From NCBI GenBank assembly GCA_030141605.1, contig JAQGDQ010000211.1, positions 319,855-383,854 of the forward strand: a stretch of 64,000 nt of DNA, in the 5' to 3' direction. The DNA comes from Tubiluchus corallicola (taxonomy: Eukaryota > Animalia > Priapulida). Below the pieces are notes generated by a model. It did no database searches. It was not told where the DNA came from and saw only the letters and a list, made by a program, of their open reading frames with translations. Within the stretch, counting starts at the first letter, position 1, and the number at the start of each line of letters is the position of its first letter. Below are positions 38,282 through 51,032 of the stretch, piece after piece. Both the position numbers and the translations under genes were made by a program.

Positions 38282-39116
38282 TTAAAGCAAAGAACAAGTC
38301 ACTCAGTATGTCGGGTTTATTTTACTGTTATCACTTAAACTGTTTGTGGTGTGCTAAACGAAAGAACAAGTCACTCAGTATGTCGGGTTTATTTTGCTGT
38401 TATCACTTAAACCGTTTGTTGTGTGCTAAAGGAAAGAACAAGTCACTCAGAATGTCGGGTTTATTTTACTGTTATCACTTAAACTGTTTGTGGTGTGCTA
38501 AAGGAAAGAACAAGTCACTCAACACGTTGGGTTTATTTTACTGCTATCACTTAAACTGTTTGTGGTGTGCTAGAGGAAAGAACAAGTCACTCACCATGTT
38601 GGGTTTATTTTACTGTTATCACTTAAACTTAAAAAGATAGAACAAAAAAATTTGCATAAAACTATCTGTGAAACATATAGCTAATTTATACTACCACTGA
38701 ATAGAAATTTACATTCACTTGAAAATTATGTCATAACTGGGAGACTTCGTGACTTTTCATAAGCACATCGTGCCTTTCCGTGAACGTGCGCTGCTTAAAC
38801 TAATTCAAACTTCTGCAGCTTACCTAATGTTCATGCAGAAACAACACAAAATTAGTTATCTAATTTTTTTGTAAAATGTACTATACTTTTGACAGAAATC
38901 GACAGTGCGCTACTTTACTACAAGACGAATGACATCATTGGTGGAACAATGGGCATTGAAAATGGGAGCGCTCAAGCATGAAGTGATCACGACTTTAAAG
39001 GTGATTTTACTAGTGACACGAGGCGCTTATTGCAGTTTTATTACTAAGTCCTTCTGACATTTTTTGCAAATATTCAAATAAGCCTGACTTTCCAGAAGAG
39101 TTGACCTTTCCTTTAA
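38282..39116. mobile_element. TTAA-flanked Kolobok-like MITE, family D, with its left end tandemly amplified (72-bp unit x5)
   Basis: Ends TTAA-AGCAAAGAACAAGTC and GAGTTGACCTTTCCT-TTAA. Homologous end-to-end to FANCI intron sequence 54064-54611. Confidence 0.85.
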
Positions 39117-39704
39117 GTGAGCTTGGTATTATAACGAGGTCGCAAGCCTTTGGAAACACAGACATTTTGTTTTGTCAAAATAATGTGTGTTAAGCATTAT
39201 AAAGAAGGCATTATAATGAAGCTTGACTGTAATAGCTAGAAAACTCAGCTCACCGAATTGTAAAATTACAGGGAAACAACGAATTGACAAGCAAAAATTG
39301 CACACTAAACATTTACTAAACAAACCCAACACTAAATTAAACTATTATCTTACAAAATGGAAATTTTTGTCGCAAAATACAACGTAAGCTGTTAGGTGGG
39401 TCCCATACTTTCACATAAAAATAACCCTTGCTAATGCCTGAACACTAAGTCGCACCGTTTGTATTCCAAAGTCACGGTAAATTGCGACTAATTACATAAG
39501 TCTGAAGACTATCGTCCATTTGTCCCCATTTAGATATGATAAGTCGTGAAGCCTACAATTTTAGACTTACTCATACGTTAACGAAGTGAAAATTTCTGCC
39601 TCTAAAACTGTAGATCATTTAGAAACGAAACAAAATGCAACTAAATAATGGGAGTTTAAAAATTCATACACTTTTAGCAAAAATCTCAATTGTTTACACA
39701 GCTA

Positions 39705-39952
39705 TCATGACGGAACAAATTGATACTTCGCACACACGTGTGACCGAGCGAATCCACACTTCGCACACACGTATGACGGAACAAATCCACACTTCGCACA
39801 CACGTATGACGGAACAAATCAACACTTCACACACATGTACGACCGAGCGAATCCACACTTTGCACACATATATGACGGAACAAATCCACACTTTGCAAGC
39901 ACATATGACCGAGTGAATTCACACTTCGCACACACGCATGACCGAACGAATC
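39705..39952. repeat. 33-bp minisatellite
   Basis: atgacggaacaaatccacacttcgcacacacgt-like units. Confidence 0.88.
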
Positions 39953-39954
39953 CA

Positions 39955-40089
39955 GGTAATAAAGTCAAATAAAAGTCACGGAAAAAAAGAAATAACCCTA
40001 ACCCTAAACCTAGCCAAAATTACTTGTCGCTTTTCCCGTGACTTTTTTCCTAGTCAAAGTTGTGACTTTTTCCCTGTAACTTTATTACC
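39955..40089. mobile_element. Small TIR element with internal telomere-like TAACCC repeats
   Basis: Inverted ends ggtaataaagtca and taactttattacc. Internal taaccctaaccctaaaccta. Confidence 0.5.
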
Positions 40090-40473
40090 ATCCATCAACC
40101 CAACACACGAGTCACACGTCAGGTTGACAGACCGACACAGTTACTACTTAAAAATACACGAAAGCGTCAACCTTTAGGAATCAACACGTTTATCTCTGCA
40201 ATTACTCGACGATCGTCTACACTTAATAAACATGTTAATTACTACTTGGTATGAAATACCCTTAATCGGTAAGAGTGCCTAAAAAATTGTACCCTTGCTT
40301 TTGAAATTACTTTCGATAGATCCGGTTCACCGTTTTAAGAAAACAACATGCCTTACATTGTGTATAAAAATCTATTAACGTGCTAAATTTTCAGGGTCAT
40401 TTTTGCAACAGTATCTCATTTAACCAACTGCATTAAAATTAAATTACAGTAAGACTAATTTCCCGCACTATCG

Positions 40474-40583
40474 GGGAACCGGTTTCACAAAGCTGTCGCT
40501 AAGTTACTAACATTATTATTACATTCGCTAAACTATCAATAACGACGTAGTTAACTTAGCGACAGCGTTACGAAACCGAGCCC
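40474..40583. mobile_element. ~110-bp hairpin MITE (PIF/Harbinger-like GGG..CCC ends)
   Basis: cggtttcacaaagctgtcgctaagtta pairs with taacttagcgacagcgttacgaaaccg. Confidence 0.65.
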
Positions 40584-40663
40584 TGGTCTAAACCCAGTTC
40601 AAATCACAATACAGTCTGCTAGCCCAGTTCTTGGCACAGGGTGAAGAAGGGACAGTGCTAGTA

Positions 40664-43600
40664 TCACAGTTCTGTCTTACTCCTAACGCCGGTCAATAAT
40701 ATAGAACCAAGGCTGTTTTTGAATCCATCTGTATTTTTCACTAGAAAAAAGAACAAAGATGTCATTGGTACACAAGCTGATAAAGCGCATAGTCATGAAG
40801 CGTTCTCTGTTAATATCAATAAACAAACTTTTTCTTGTTGCCTAAAGGAGAAGAAATGGTAATTTTAAAATATACTACAAAAGTTTCCATACAAACTTAC
40901 CTTACTCAGTATTACACTTACCTGTTTGAAAGACTTATGTAATTGAAAAAGAAAAATTTTAATACTTTCAAATGTTCATGCCACCAGGTAAAATGGCGCA
41001 GACTCACCATCCCAGTGTGCACCACTGATTCGCCATCCCAGTGTGCATCACTGATTCGCCATCCCAGTGTGCACCACTGATTCGCCATCCCAGTGTGCAC
41101 CACTGATTCGCCATCCCAGTGTGCATCACTGATTCACCATCCCAGTGTGCACCACTGATTCACCATCCCAGTGTGCACCACTGATTCACCATCCGTGTAC
41201 ATCACTGATTCGCTATCCCAGTGTGCACCACTGATTCACCATCCCAGTGTGCATCACTGATTCACCATCCCAGTGGGCACCACTGATTCACCAACAGCAC
41301 TACATCACCATCCCAGTGTGCACCACTGATTCGCCATCCAAGTGTGCACCACTGATTCGCCATCCAAATGTGCACCACTGATTCACCATCCCAGTGTGCA
41401 TCACTGATTCACCATCCCAGTGGGCACCACTGATTCACCAACAGCACTACATCACCATCCCAGTGTGCACCACTGATTCACCAAAAATTATTTAACTATT
41501 CCTTTTCACAACATAATGTAATTTAAACTCTTGTTTATTTAGCGAAGAGCGCTGCTGCAAATGTTCTGTCTTCTTTTCAAATTTTATTCAATGTTATCTA
41601 AACTTATTACAAACGACTTAGCGAATTAATGACTGTGACTAACAGTCATCACAGGCGTTTCAATTTGCAAGTTTTTATACAGAGTTTCTGCTAACACAAG
41701 CCCTGTATGCAATAAGACAGCATGTAAGTCATGTAAGTTTCAAGGTGAATTTTTGAGCTAATTTGTGAGAATGTTTATTCATAAGAAAAACAAGTAAGTG
41801 TTAGTGATTATTGGTGATTAAGCAGTGATAATGCAATTAATGAACCAGTAATTACTAATTATGAAATCAAACTTGTGCCGAAAGGAAAAAGATGTAAAAG
41901 GGCCAAAAATGAAACTGTTAACTGTTAAATTATCACCATTAAATGGAAACTATGAAATGAAAATGGGAACAGCTTACAACATCTCATCTTTCCTCTCAAT
42001 AAGTGTCATTGCATGAGTAAGAAACTATTACCAGCACTGTTTCGCATCAGTGCTGCCATCTACTAAAATTTTCAAACACTATCAGAAGCTGGTGTATCTT
42101 TAAGAAATGTATAAATCATTAACCTGTGTTGTCTTCAATAGTGAATTCTGCCTCAGAAAGATCCGCAAAATTTTTTCCCTGAAAATGTAGGTCAAGTTAC
42201 TACAGTGTATGTGTAACTGTAAATGGATATATGTGTTAAATGTCCTACAATAAATAACAAAAATTCTTCAAAAGAAAACCGGATCCAATCTTAAATCATA
42301 GTTCAAAATAATCTACTCTATAAAAATATTAGTAGAGAACATACTACTTTTTCAAGGTTGAAAGAATAATTGCCACGGAAATGTAATTTCGCATTCTCAC
42401 GGCTATTTATTCCCTGTTACATGCATTACTCCATTCCCTAGATAGATGGGCACTAGCGCCTGTATCTCCAAAACGCATTGCATAAGAAACAGATGCTGTA
42501 CATCTCAGTTCAGAGTTGTTTAGTTGAGATATCATCAGTGGCTCATCGCCGTTAATTAAGTTTTTAAGCTATTATTTCATTATCAGAAAAACTTTGGTTA
42601 AAATTTCGTTAAAATGTATGCTTTTTACCATACTTTAAAATGGGGTGGGTTATGAAACATTTTAAACTACAAAAAACTTTCTGTTTTCATTATATTCACA
42701 ACTTAAGCAAATCTAAGTTAAGATTCCGGACAAATCAGAGTTTGTTTTACTTTTCATAGGTATATTTACAGACATTACGCATTGAGCCTAACATTTATCA
42801 ATTATCCATCACGACTGATCAATAATTATGAATTATGAATTTATTCCACAGCAACCCGAACATACATACAAGTTGATATTACATTGAAAAAAAGTAAATA
42901 AACTATGCGAGTTACTGTGTGGAGGAGGAAGGAGCATTGAGCCTTCGAGTCCTCCTCCAGATAAGTGAAACAATTGACAATTAACATTACATTTTCAACA
43001 GTTATAACGTACATTAGAACAAAATAAGTTTTGTTAGTAACTTAAGATCAGGATGAGTAAAATTGCGAGTTAATTATATCATTGTAGTAAGTAACTCTTT
43101 GATGCTTTTTTAAATTGATTAAGATTATGAGTTTTCATTTCACGCGGAATTGAAGACCATATTTTAATAGCATTATATTTTGATGACTCTTTCGTTATAT
43201 TTGTTTTTGGAAGAGGGAGTACATAGTTTCCGACTGAATATCTTGCGTAATAACCAATATGGTGGCGCCACCACATCTAAAGTGCACTTACCGTAACATC
43301 AGCTTGTTTAACTGTTGCACCTTCCATTGAGAGAGAGAATGTCATGAAAAAAAGGTAAGAGTTGCCGTCCGGTCGTTCAACATTACAGTGGAACCTCGTC
43401 TTGTCTGGTGTGTGTGACATCATAAACAACCATTTCTATTATAGTTAAACAATTCAATTCAATTCAATTTAGCTTTATTTGCAGAAATACATACAATGTA
43501 CATTGGCAAAGTAATACACGTTAAATACTGCATAATTTCGCTGTGTGCAAAGTTATATGTGAATTATAACAGAAATATGTGAATTATGGTAGAATATGAG

Positions 43601-44695
43601 ATATCCGAAAAATAGAGCATATGCTCTCTTCTCCAAAAATCTATTTCACTGTTTTTTTTCAAAAACTTTCCGACATTGCATCCCAAAATTCAGCACTCAA
43701 CACTAGGTTTGTGACAAGAGTGGAATCTGTCTGATTATTAAGGATGAGCCACCAAACTGGCAGAAGTGTCTCAATGAAGTTCAAATGTATGTACATGCCC
43801 TCTAGCACCACAATGTGTGTGAGATGGAAACATTTTACTAACATCAATGTCATCAAAACTTTTCATTTCAGTCACACCACGGTACTACAGCGCACGCTTA
43901 CATGTTCGTTACATAAGTACTAAACAGATATAAATCATAATCACGCAATATTACCTCTTTTGTACCACCTTGTGCAGAGTAAGTGAACTTGCACTTCACA
44001 CCTTCCTAGATGCAAAAAAAAACAATTTTAAAATTGTAAGACATAGTCACATAGAAACAACGTGAGGAAGATAGATATTATTTGAATATTACAGGTCGAT
44101 GTTGAGAGAACAGCCCTATTCGTCACAAAACATCAACATCTACAGTGTGTGACACTTTTTGCTGTGAATAAAGCTCATTTCTAAAAATAAAATAAGATGA
44201 AATAAAATAAAACCCACTTTTAACTTTCTAGCATTTTGTTTTAACAGCAAGAGACCAAAAAAACATTTTGTAAATATTGCTTTTCCCTTAATCCAAAGGA
44301 CGATGGGGGAAATTCATCCCTGTCCTACACTTTTCTGGAACCATAACTCACAAGGTTTAGGTTTAGACAAGGCCTAGTTCCAAAAATAATTATAAGTAGG
44401 CCATAGATTTAGTTAACATGCATGCACAGGTCCAACTCCCAAACCTCTAATTTTTAAAACCGGGTGCGAGACTTAAATTCAGTGTGAACCCGTGCTACAT
44501 GTATCCCACTGTATATTTTTAATGCATCGATACCTTTTCTTGTTCAAACGTATGCACTTCGCCACCAGGAAAGACATCAAAATCATCTGCTTCTTCTACA
44601 ACTTCGTCGGAATTTATAATTTCATTACCTACAGCTGCAATAAAAAGGAATACGAGAAGTGTAAATAAAACATGCAACAACGTGTAAGACGCCAT
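40664..44695 (-). CDS. MYDGF: Myeloid-derived growth factor homolog (ER-lumenal/secreted, 162 aa)
   Basis: Minus-strand exons 44695-44534, 44005-43955, 43435-43292, 42178-42124, 40740-40664, all GT-AG and in phase. Protein: signal peptide MASYTLLHVLFTLLVFLFIAAVG, then FDVFPGGEVHTF, CKFTYSAQGGTKEKW, FHCNVERPDGNSYLFF, and C-terminal KTEL. Human MYDGF (recalled) has FDVRPGGVVHSF, CMFTYASQGGTNEQW, FTCTIWRPQGKSYLYF, RTEL. Confidence 0.93.
40843..41760. mobile_element. Family A MITE copy in MYDGF intron carrying a 26-bp tandem array (41007-41482)
   Basis: Flanks match family A. Unit CCATCCCAGTGTGCACCACTGATTC(G/A), ~18 copies. Confidence 0.72.
42820..43262 (-). mobile_element. LINE (L2/Crack/Daphne-like) 3' end in MYDGF intron
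   Basis: PKTNITKESSKYNAIKIWSSIPREMK..NQFKKASKSYLL matches the usual ORF2 tail (RTN..K.S..Y...K.WN.LP..IK...FKK.LK..L). Short (ATAATTC)n tail. Confidence 0.65.
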
Positions 44696-47600
44696 TTATA
44701 CTGTGCGCAAAATTTTTGACGACGAAACGCACCTTTCTTTCAAACGGTTCACACTGGCCTCTCTTAGCGAACAAAACCGCAAGTTTCAAAAATCAGATGA
44801 GCAACTATAGATTGGTTTGAACTAGGGGTGAGCAGCCAACTTTCGAGTTTGAGTGTTCAAATCGAATTATTACATTCTTTATTATGACATACTTTATTAT
44901 ACTGTCGTAGGCCCTACTGTCACTCATGATTAGCGGTTAAGCATGTACACATATAAAAAACCCACAAAATAATAGATCATTAAAGGTCTATTGACTAGCC
45001 TGATACGAAAAAGCGGCTTTATTTTTATAAACTTGCGGGTATCTCTGTGGATGGCATTGAAACACTTCAAATTAGTTCAGCAGTGACATCTTGCAAAAAA
45101 CGGAAAATCGGGGAAGAAAGCAGAAGTGACGTCCCGTTAGGAACGACACTGCACATGTGTGACTCTCGCTGTATTTACATGTGGGCAAAATCAAGTGATA
45201 CGCCAGTAATGAAGGGACTGGGATACTCGAATTTTGCTATTTTAGTATTAAACTCAAATCATAGGTTTGTCCGCACTTACTTGAAGTAATTAATAATGAA
45301 GTACAACATGTAAGAAGTTTAGCATGTCATCACTGGTATTTCGCACTGGGCTGCTTTGTGATCACTTTTGCTTTACAAATGTCTTACTGTCAAGTTACCC
45401 CGCGTCCCATTCAGAGAATGCGCCTGACAAGCAGTGATTGTTTTTATGTTTTTCAGCGTACAAAATTGCTAAAATAAGAACGGGTTCCCAGGTAGGATCG
45501 AAGAGAAAGAACTAGACAATAAGGCAGTAATGACAGATTTTGTTCCCTGGGCTTTACTGACGTTTTGAGCCTATACAGACCGGCTATAGTTCTGACTTAA
45601 TGTGAAGTTCAAAAGAAAAAAAAAACAGAAAACAAAGAAGAAACGCCTTTCAGACAACATTTTTTAAGCCATTAAAAGAGAGTTCCCTACATTTTAAACA
45701 CTTGGGAAAACCTATGTGGCATTTTTTCGAATGTGCAAATGAGATTTCAGAGAAAAAACTTTCGAATATTTAAATAAAAAATATTCTCATAGTCTACAGT
45801 TTGACTGCTGATCCACGTGCGTATAAGCTTTATGCAGTCGAGCACCTTTATTCTAGGGGGTCTGGGGTAGCTAGGTGGTCCAGAGGAGTGCTGTAAGCTC
45901 CCCCAGTGGGGTCTGGGGGCCTAGGTCACCAACGCATTTTCCTGTATTTAAGGACATTTTGAAGGCCACAAATAAGATCTAAATTCTGGTACACAGACTT
46001 CCTCAAAGGTGAAAAATTCTGTCTTAATAAATATGTTTTACCCTACATTTACCTAGGTAATATTCACTGAACTCTATTGTAGTACCATATATCTTAAAAG
46101 CAAGTTCAAAATGCACTGCAATGTCGATGACTCATGACTAAGTCATGACTTAGTGTCAACATTATCTGTCCAGCAGAACGTATGTAGTCAACCACAAAAC
46201 TGACTTGAGACCTAAGTTTACAGCCCTCACACTGTTCATACAGAATTTTATATGTTTGCTTGCACGCTATTTTTTCCTGCTGGACAAAGCTAAATGCAAT
46301 TTTACTGCATTATGGACCATTTTGCAGTTTCTAGAAGCTATTTCCTCAGGCAAGTTCACCTCAGACTCGTGACTCATAACTTCACTACTAGCATGAAAGG
46401 GGGACCCACGCCTCTTGGGCCCACCCCCTAAATACAAAAGTGCATCTACAGTTAGCTACAAACTGTCTAGACAATGGAAATCGATAAGAGAATCGACACT
46501 ATGTAAGTGATATACATAAACATAACTTCAGTATGCAAATCAGCTGTCTGCTCAGGGACTGCGCAAACAAACAAGGGGTTGATGTTTGTCTTAGTTTACT
46601 GCTAAAAAGCATAAAAAAATTTTCATAAGAAATCCTGTGGATGCACGTGCGTCAGTGTGTCCTCCTGACGGTGCCCATGAATGGTACAGTAAAATCGCAG
46701 AGTTCCATATACTGCGCTTGTCACTACAAATTTGCTGTTACTTGCAGGTTTGTAAAGTGAAAACTGGTTGTTATAAGTTCATTTGCTATAGATAGATTAA
46801 TTCTATAGTAAGAAAAACTTTTATTACTTATAAATAATAAATAATTACGGATAGATAATTTCATTATTCAGCAATAACCGTTCTGTTCAGTGTTCAGCAA
46901 CACAGAGCGTCATGGTGGAGGTTAATATTTGTGACACTATCTACGGCACTCAATTTAAGTTACTATGTCACATAAAAGTATGCATCAAAACAGTTTGAAA
47001 ATTACGAAATATATAATTCCACCTATGCTACAAAAGAAAATATCATAAAAAATAGTGCCTTAGAACTTTTAGTGATTTAAACCTCACTATGGTTGGTGTG
47101 GTAATCACCACGGCAGGTATAATTTCATTCATTCACTACTCTTGCAGTAAATGTACATTTGCGAATGTTAAGATGTGACTGCTCTTTAAACAGTTTTAAG
47201 GTATGTCTTCTGGTTTTGGAATCAAAAACAAATTAAAGAATTTTTGTGCAACGTATTTTTTCTTCTACTTATAGTTTTTATAAAATTAGAGATCTCCACG
47301 GTACCTTCTTAATTCAAGCACGTCTAAACTACAATACCTCAATGTTTCTAAGTATGTTATATATTATTCTTGTAAAATGCTTTGCACACCTTCCATGAGC
47401 AATAAGTCTTTCTGATAACAGGATTCCAAAACTGCACACAGTATTCTAGAATCTATTTGTGATTGCGATACTCAACTCTCTCCATCTATACAGGGTGCAT
47501 TTGTAGGGTGCAAAGTCTATTTTTTAGTAATCTATGAGGTCTAAACAAACCCACGTATAATCCCCACGATTTTGTTTGTTTTCTTATTAGAAGATACACA

Positions 47601-47758
47601 TTGCTGGGAAAAATCTGATTTTATTGGCAAAGGTTGTCGTGGTCTCGGTTTTTTGGCATCGTCTCGGCAAATGGCGTGCTGTGCCAAGGGCGCCCAGCAA
47701 GAAACGAATATGGCAAAAATTGCTTCATCAACATTCACGCGCTTGAGGTGAGGTTGAC

Positions 47759-47768
47759 GGCGGGAAAA
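47759..47768 (+). promoter_or_regulatory. E2F-type site GGCGGGAAAA in the putative FANCI promoter
   Basis: Consensus match in a locally CpG-rich patch. Candidate donor GTG/gtacgt at 47834 and acceptor ttttcttcttgcag at 50944, upstream of the FANCI ATG. Confidence 0.45.
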
Positions 47769-48822
47769 TATAAGCAGAAAGTGAGAAAACTGCCGAACAA
47801 CACATTACTAGTCAATCTCAAAGGCATTCTGTGGTACGTTTCCCGATGAAAATCATGTAGAATTTGTGATTATGGCTTTGTTAAACTAAAATTTGACAAA
47901 GTAAAATTAATTTTGGTACCTATATTAGGCTATAATTTTGTGATTACAAACTAAGTAAGGGCGTAAGAGATATTAATGGGGGAAACTGGAGTCTGCCTAA
48001 AATTTAGGCAAATGACTGTGACATACACAGACATATAGACATAGACGTAGATGTTTATTTTTTCGAACAATGTCTCAAATATTCCATTAAGTTTTTAAAA
48101 AATATTTAACTTTATCCAGTTAGATAGGGGAGGAAAAACCGTAGGTCATCTGATCGCTCATCCCTTTTAAATTAATATTGTGACATCAGAAAAAAAATAG
48201 TGATCACTCTACAGTTGCAATTGTAGTCAGTGTTCATAAATGGAATGATCAAAGTAAATCAATTTTGATAATAAACAAAAAAATTTAAAACAAACATAAC
48301 AAACAGTAAAAATAAAATTAATGACAATATGAAAAAAGGTCGATAGGCGAATCAGTGCATAACAATGATGGCATAAGTGAAGAGAAGAAGCAAATACAGC
48401 ATATCGCATAAGAAGCCTTAATTACAAAGTGAAAAAATAATAAAGTTCATTTGTTTAGAAAATTCTTGAGTGACTTCTTTATTCAAAAACTGTTCTTTTC
48501 GGAAATAATTTAAATAATGTTTTAGCATATTAAATCTATCTATAATTCAAGCATGTTACTAAAGTATCTGTAAGATTTTCTTGAAATTTATCTGCTAAAA
48601 TACTGCAGCCTTAGTTATAACGGATTTTAGCAAAACTTGATAGACCACCACTTGATAGCAGATGGAAATTGGTATTAACCAAAACACCCATTTTTAGCCA
48701 TCGAAACAACCACCATTCGATTTCTAGAAGAGAAAGAAAACTGAGTTAACCAGCAATTGGTAATCATCAGTGAAAGCCCAATGTGAATCTCAAGAGTACG
48801 CAGCAAACAAGTTCAATTTTTC

Positions 48823-49499
48823 TTAAAACACAAGAAAACCCTTCATCAATATAAAGCTTGAAAAATTCATCTAGAAATTTTATACCACTTACCTACTACC
48901 TTTTCGTATGCATGTCTTGCATCGGCCGTAACGCTGTATAAAACGTGTAAATTTAGAGTCCCGCGATGACCGTTAGTTGCAGCCATTTTAATGGTAGGTC
49001 ATTTGAAACAAGTTTAAATAACATTAAGTAAAGTTTGAAAAAACAATCAGAGCATTCGTAGCGTACATGTTGCTAATTAAATAAATTTTTAAACTACTGT
49101 ATCTTGTCAATAAGATTAAAAATACGTTTTTGGCTACTGAGTGGCGGACACTGGAGGGTGAGTCAGCGAGAATTTACCAATTGACACAAACTTTTTAAGT
49201 TATTAGTCAAGTTACATAAGTCTTTCCAGTAAGTAAGTGAAATGCTAAGTAATATAGATTTGCACGGAAAGTTTTTTGGGACATAATTTAACATTTGTTT
49301 TTCTTCCCCTGATTTACGTGGCGTATATAATGTCGTAATTGCGCCGTCGGAACAGTATTGCGGTAGATTTAAAATGAAAACAAACGAAAATTCCTTTCAA
49401 CGCAAATGCGATATACGCATAAAATTGCTTTAAAGTAGTATAATCTTTAAGGCGATTTTTCTGAAACCTACTTCAAGTGCCCCTTTTCTTGTCCTTTAA
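48823..49499. mobile_element. Family A MITE, full-length copy
   Basis: Ends TTAA-AACACAAGAAAA and TTTTCTTGTCCT-TTAA. Collinear with 732-1408. Confidence 0.85.
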
Positions 49500-51032
49500 T
49501 TAAGTGAGTTTGACATTATAGACACCAGTAAGAATTGCCTTAAAGGAAGCCTTAAAACCTTGCAAAAACCCAGCTGGGAAATCAAAAACAACTTGGATAG
49601 CTAAGATAAATAAAGATGTTCAACAATTTCAAGCAAATTTTTCTTTAGGCATTGAAGAATTTAAGCTGTTAGCCACAGGTGGAATGCTCTAAAAATGTTA
49701 TGGGATCTTCGTGGAAATGACTTATTTTTTTGAGACCTAAAAAGTGCAATTCATCATTTTTGAATGTTATTGTATCATTTAAAGAACACTTTTTGTTGGC
49801 GCAAGCATTTGTGGTGCATTACATAACAGTTGATATTCCCCATAACTGTTTGTGGCGTGTTACACAACAACTGACATTCATTCATCATTTAGTATTTATG
49901 GTGTACTAACAGCAATTCTTCAGCCATTAGTCCATCTAAGTCATTTGATAAAGGAAAACAGGACCCACTCGTAAACTGTGGCTGAAAACAATCGACCCTA
50001 TAAAATATTGAAAATTTTCAAGAGTGACTTACTTGAAAGAATTATTACCACCAAAACCTAATTTCATAATCTCGCCTTTTGCTAGTTAGATGGGCACTAG
50101 TGCCCACATGTGAGAAATGCATTGCACAAAAAACAGGTGCTGTACCTGGCAGTTCAAATGTTGTTCATTTGTGATGTACTTTTTGTATATCACACTGAAT
50201 AGGCTTACAGTAGCAATGTAAATAAATCTTCTTTTTTTTTGATTATGTATAGCCATCTTTTCTTTAAAACTTTTCCTTAGAAGACTTCTATAAAAACTGA
50301 CAATCTGCTTTTCTTGATTAATCATCAACCCATTTATGCATTGATTTTAAATTATACAAAAATTTTCTTGAAGGATTATCTTGAATAATGGGCCGGGCTT
50401 CAGTTATACCACGAACCTTGGGTTGACCAGGCGTGCTTTTGAGTGCTGAATTCCAGTATGCCGAAATTTCTAAAAAAAAAAATAACAGGAATTTTATGTT
50501 GGGCAAGTAATAGGTTAATCGGATTAGTCGAGATTACAACAATCGTATAACATTTAAATGAACTAAAGACAAAAATTGTTGAGCTCTGGGACCAGATACT
50601 CCTATACACCCGAATACACTTAAAGAAGTGAAAAATTGTGTCTGCTGTTAAAGGAAACTAATTTGTCATAAAAATGACGGAATAGAGCATTTGCTGAACA
50701 ACATGTACCGACAATTTTTTTCCGGCATAATTTTTTTTTAACTTGTTAATTTTTAAAATTTCTGTGTCTTTAGACAAATCTAATTTTTGGCAAAATTTTT
50801 GGTGTTTACTTATAATCTTCCATAACATCAGTTTGGTAATTTTCAAAGGTTTCCGCTATTTCCTTCTTCTAGCAAAACATCGGCACATTTTTTGCGCCAA
50901 CCGATATGTTCTTTGAGTTTGAATCTTGTGTTTTCTTCTTGCAGGGTTCCGATCAATGCAGCACAGTCAGTCACTGGGTTTTACTTGATTTTCTTCCACT
51001 TCTTCTTGTGTTAGCGTTCAGCTGCAGTTACA

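Noticed and set aside
39129-39332. Minus-strand FGELSFLAITVK as the last MYDGF exon
   Set aside because: No suitable acceptor. Exon 40740-40664 has a strong acceptor, the correct phase and ends KTEL.
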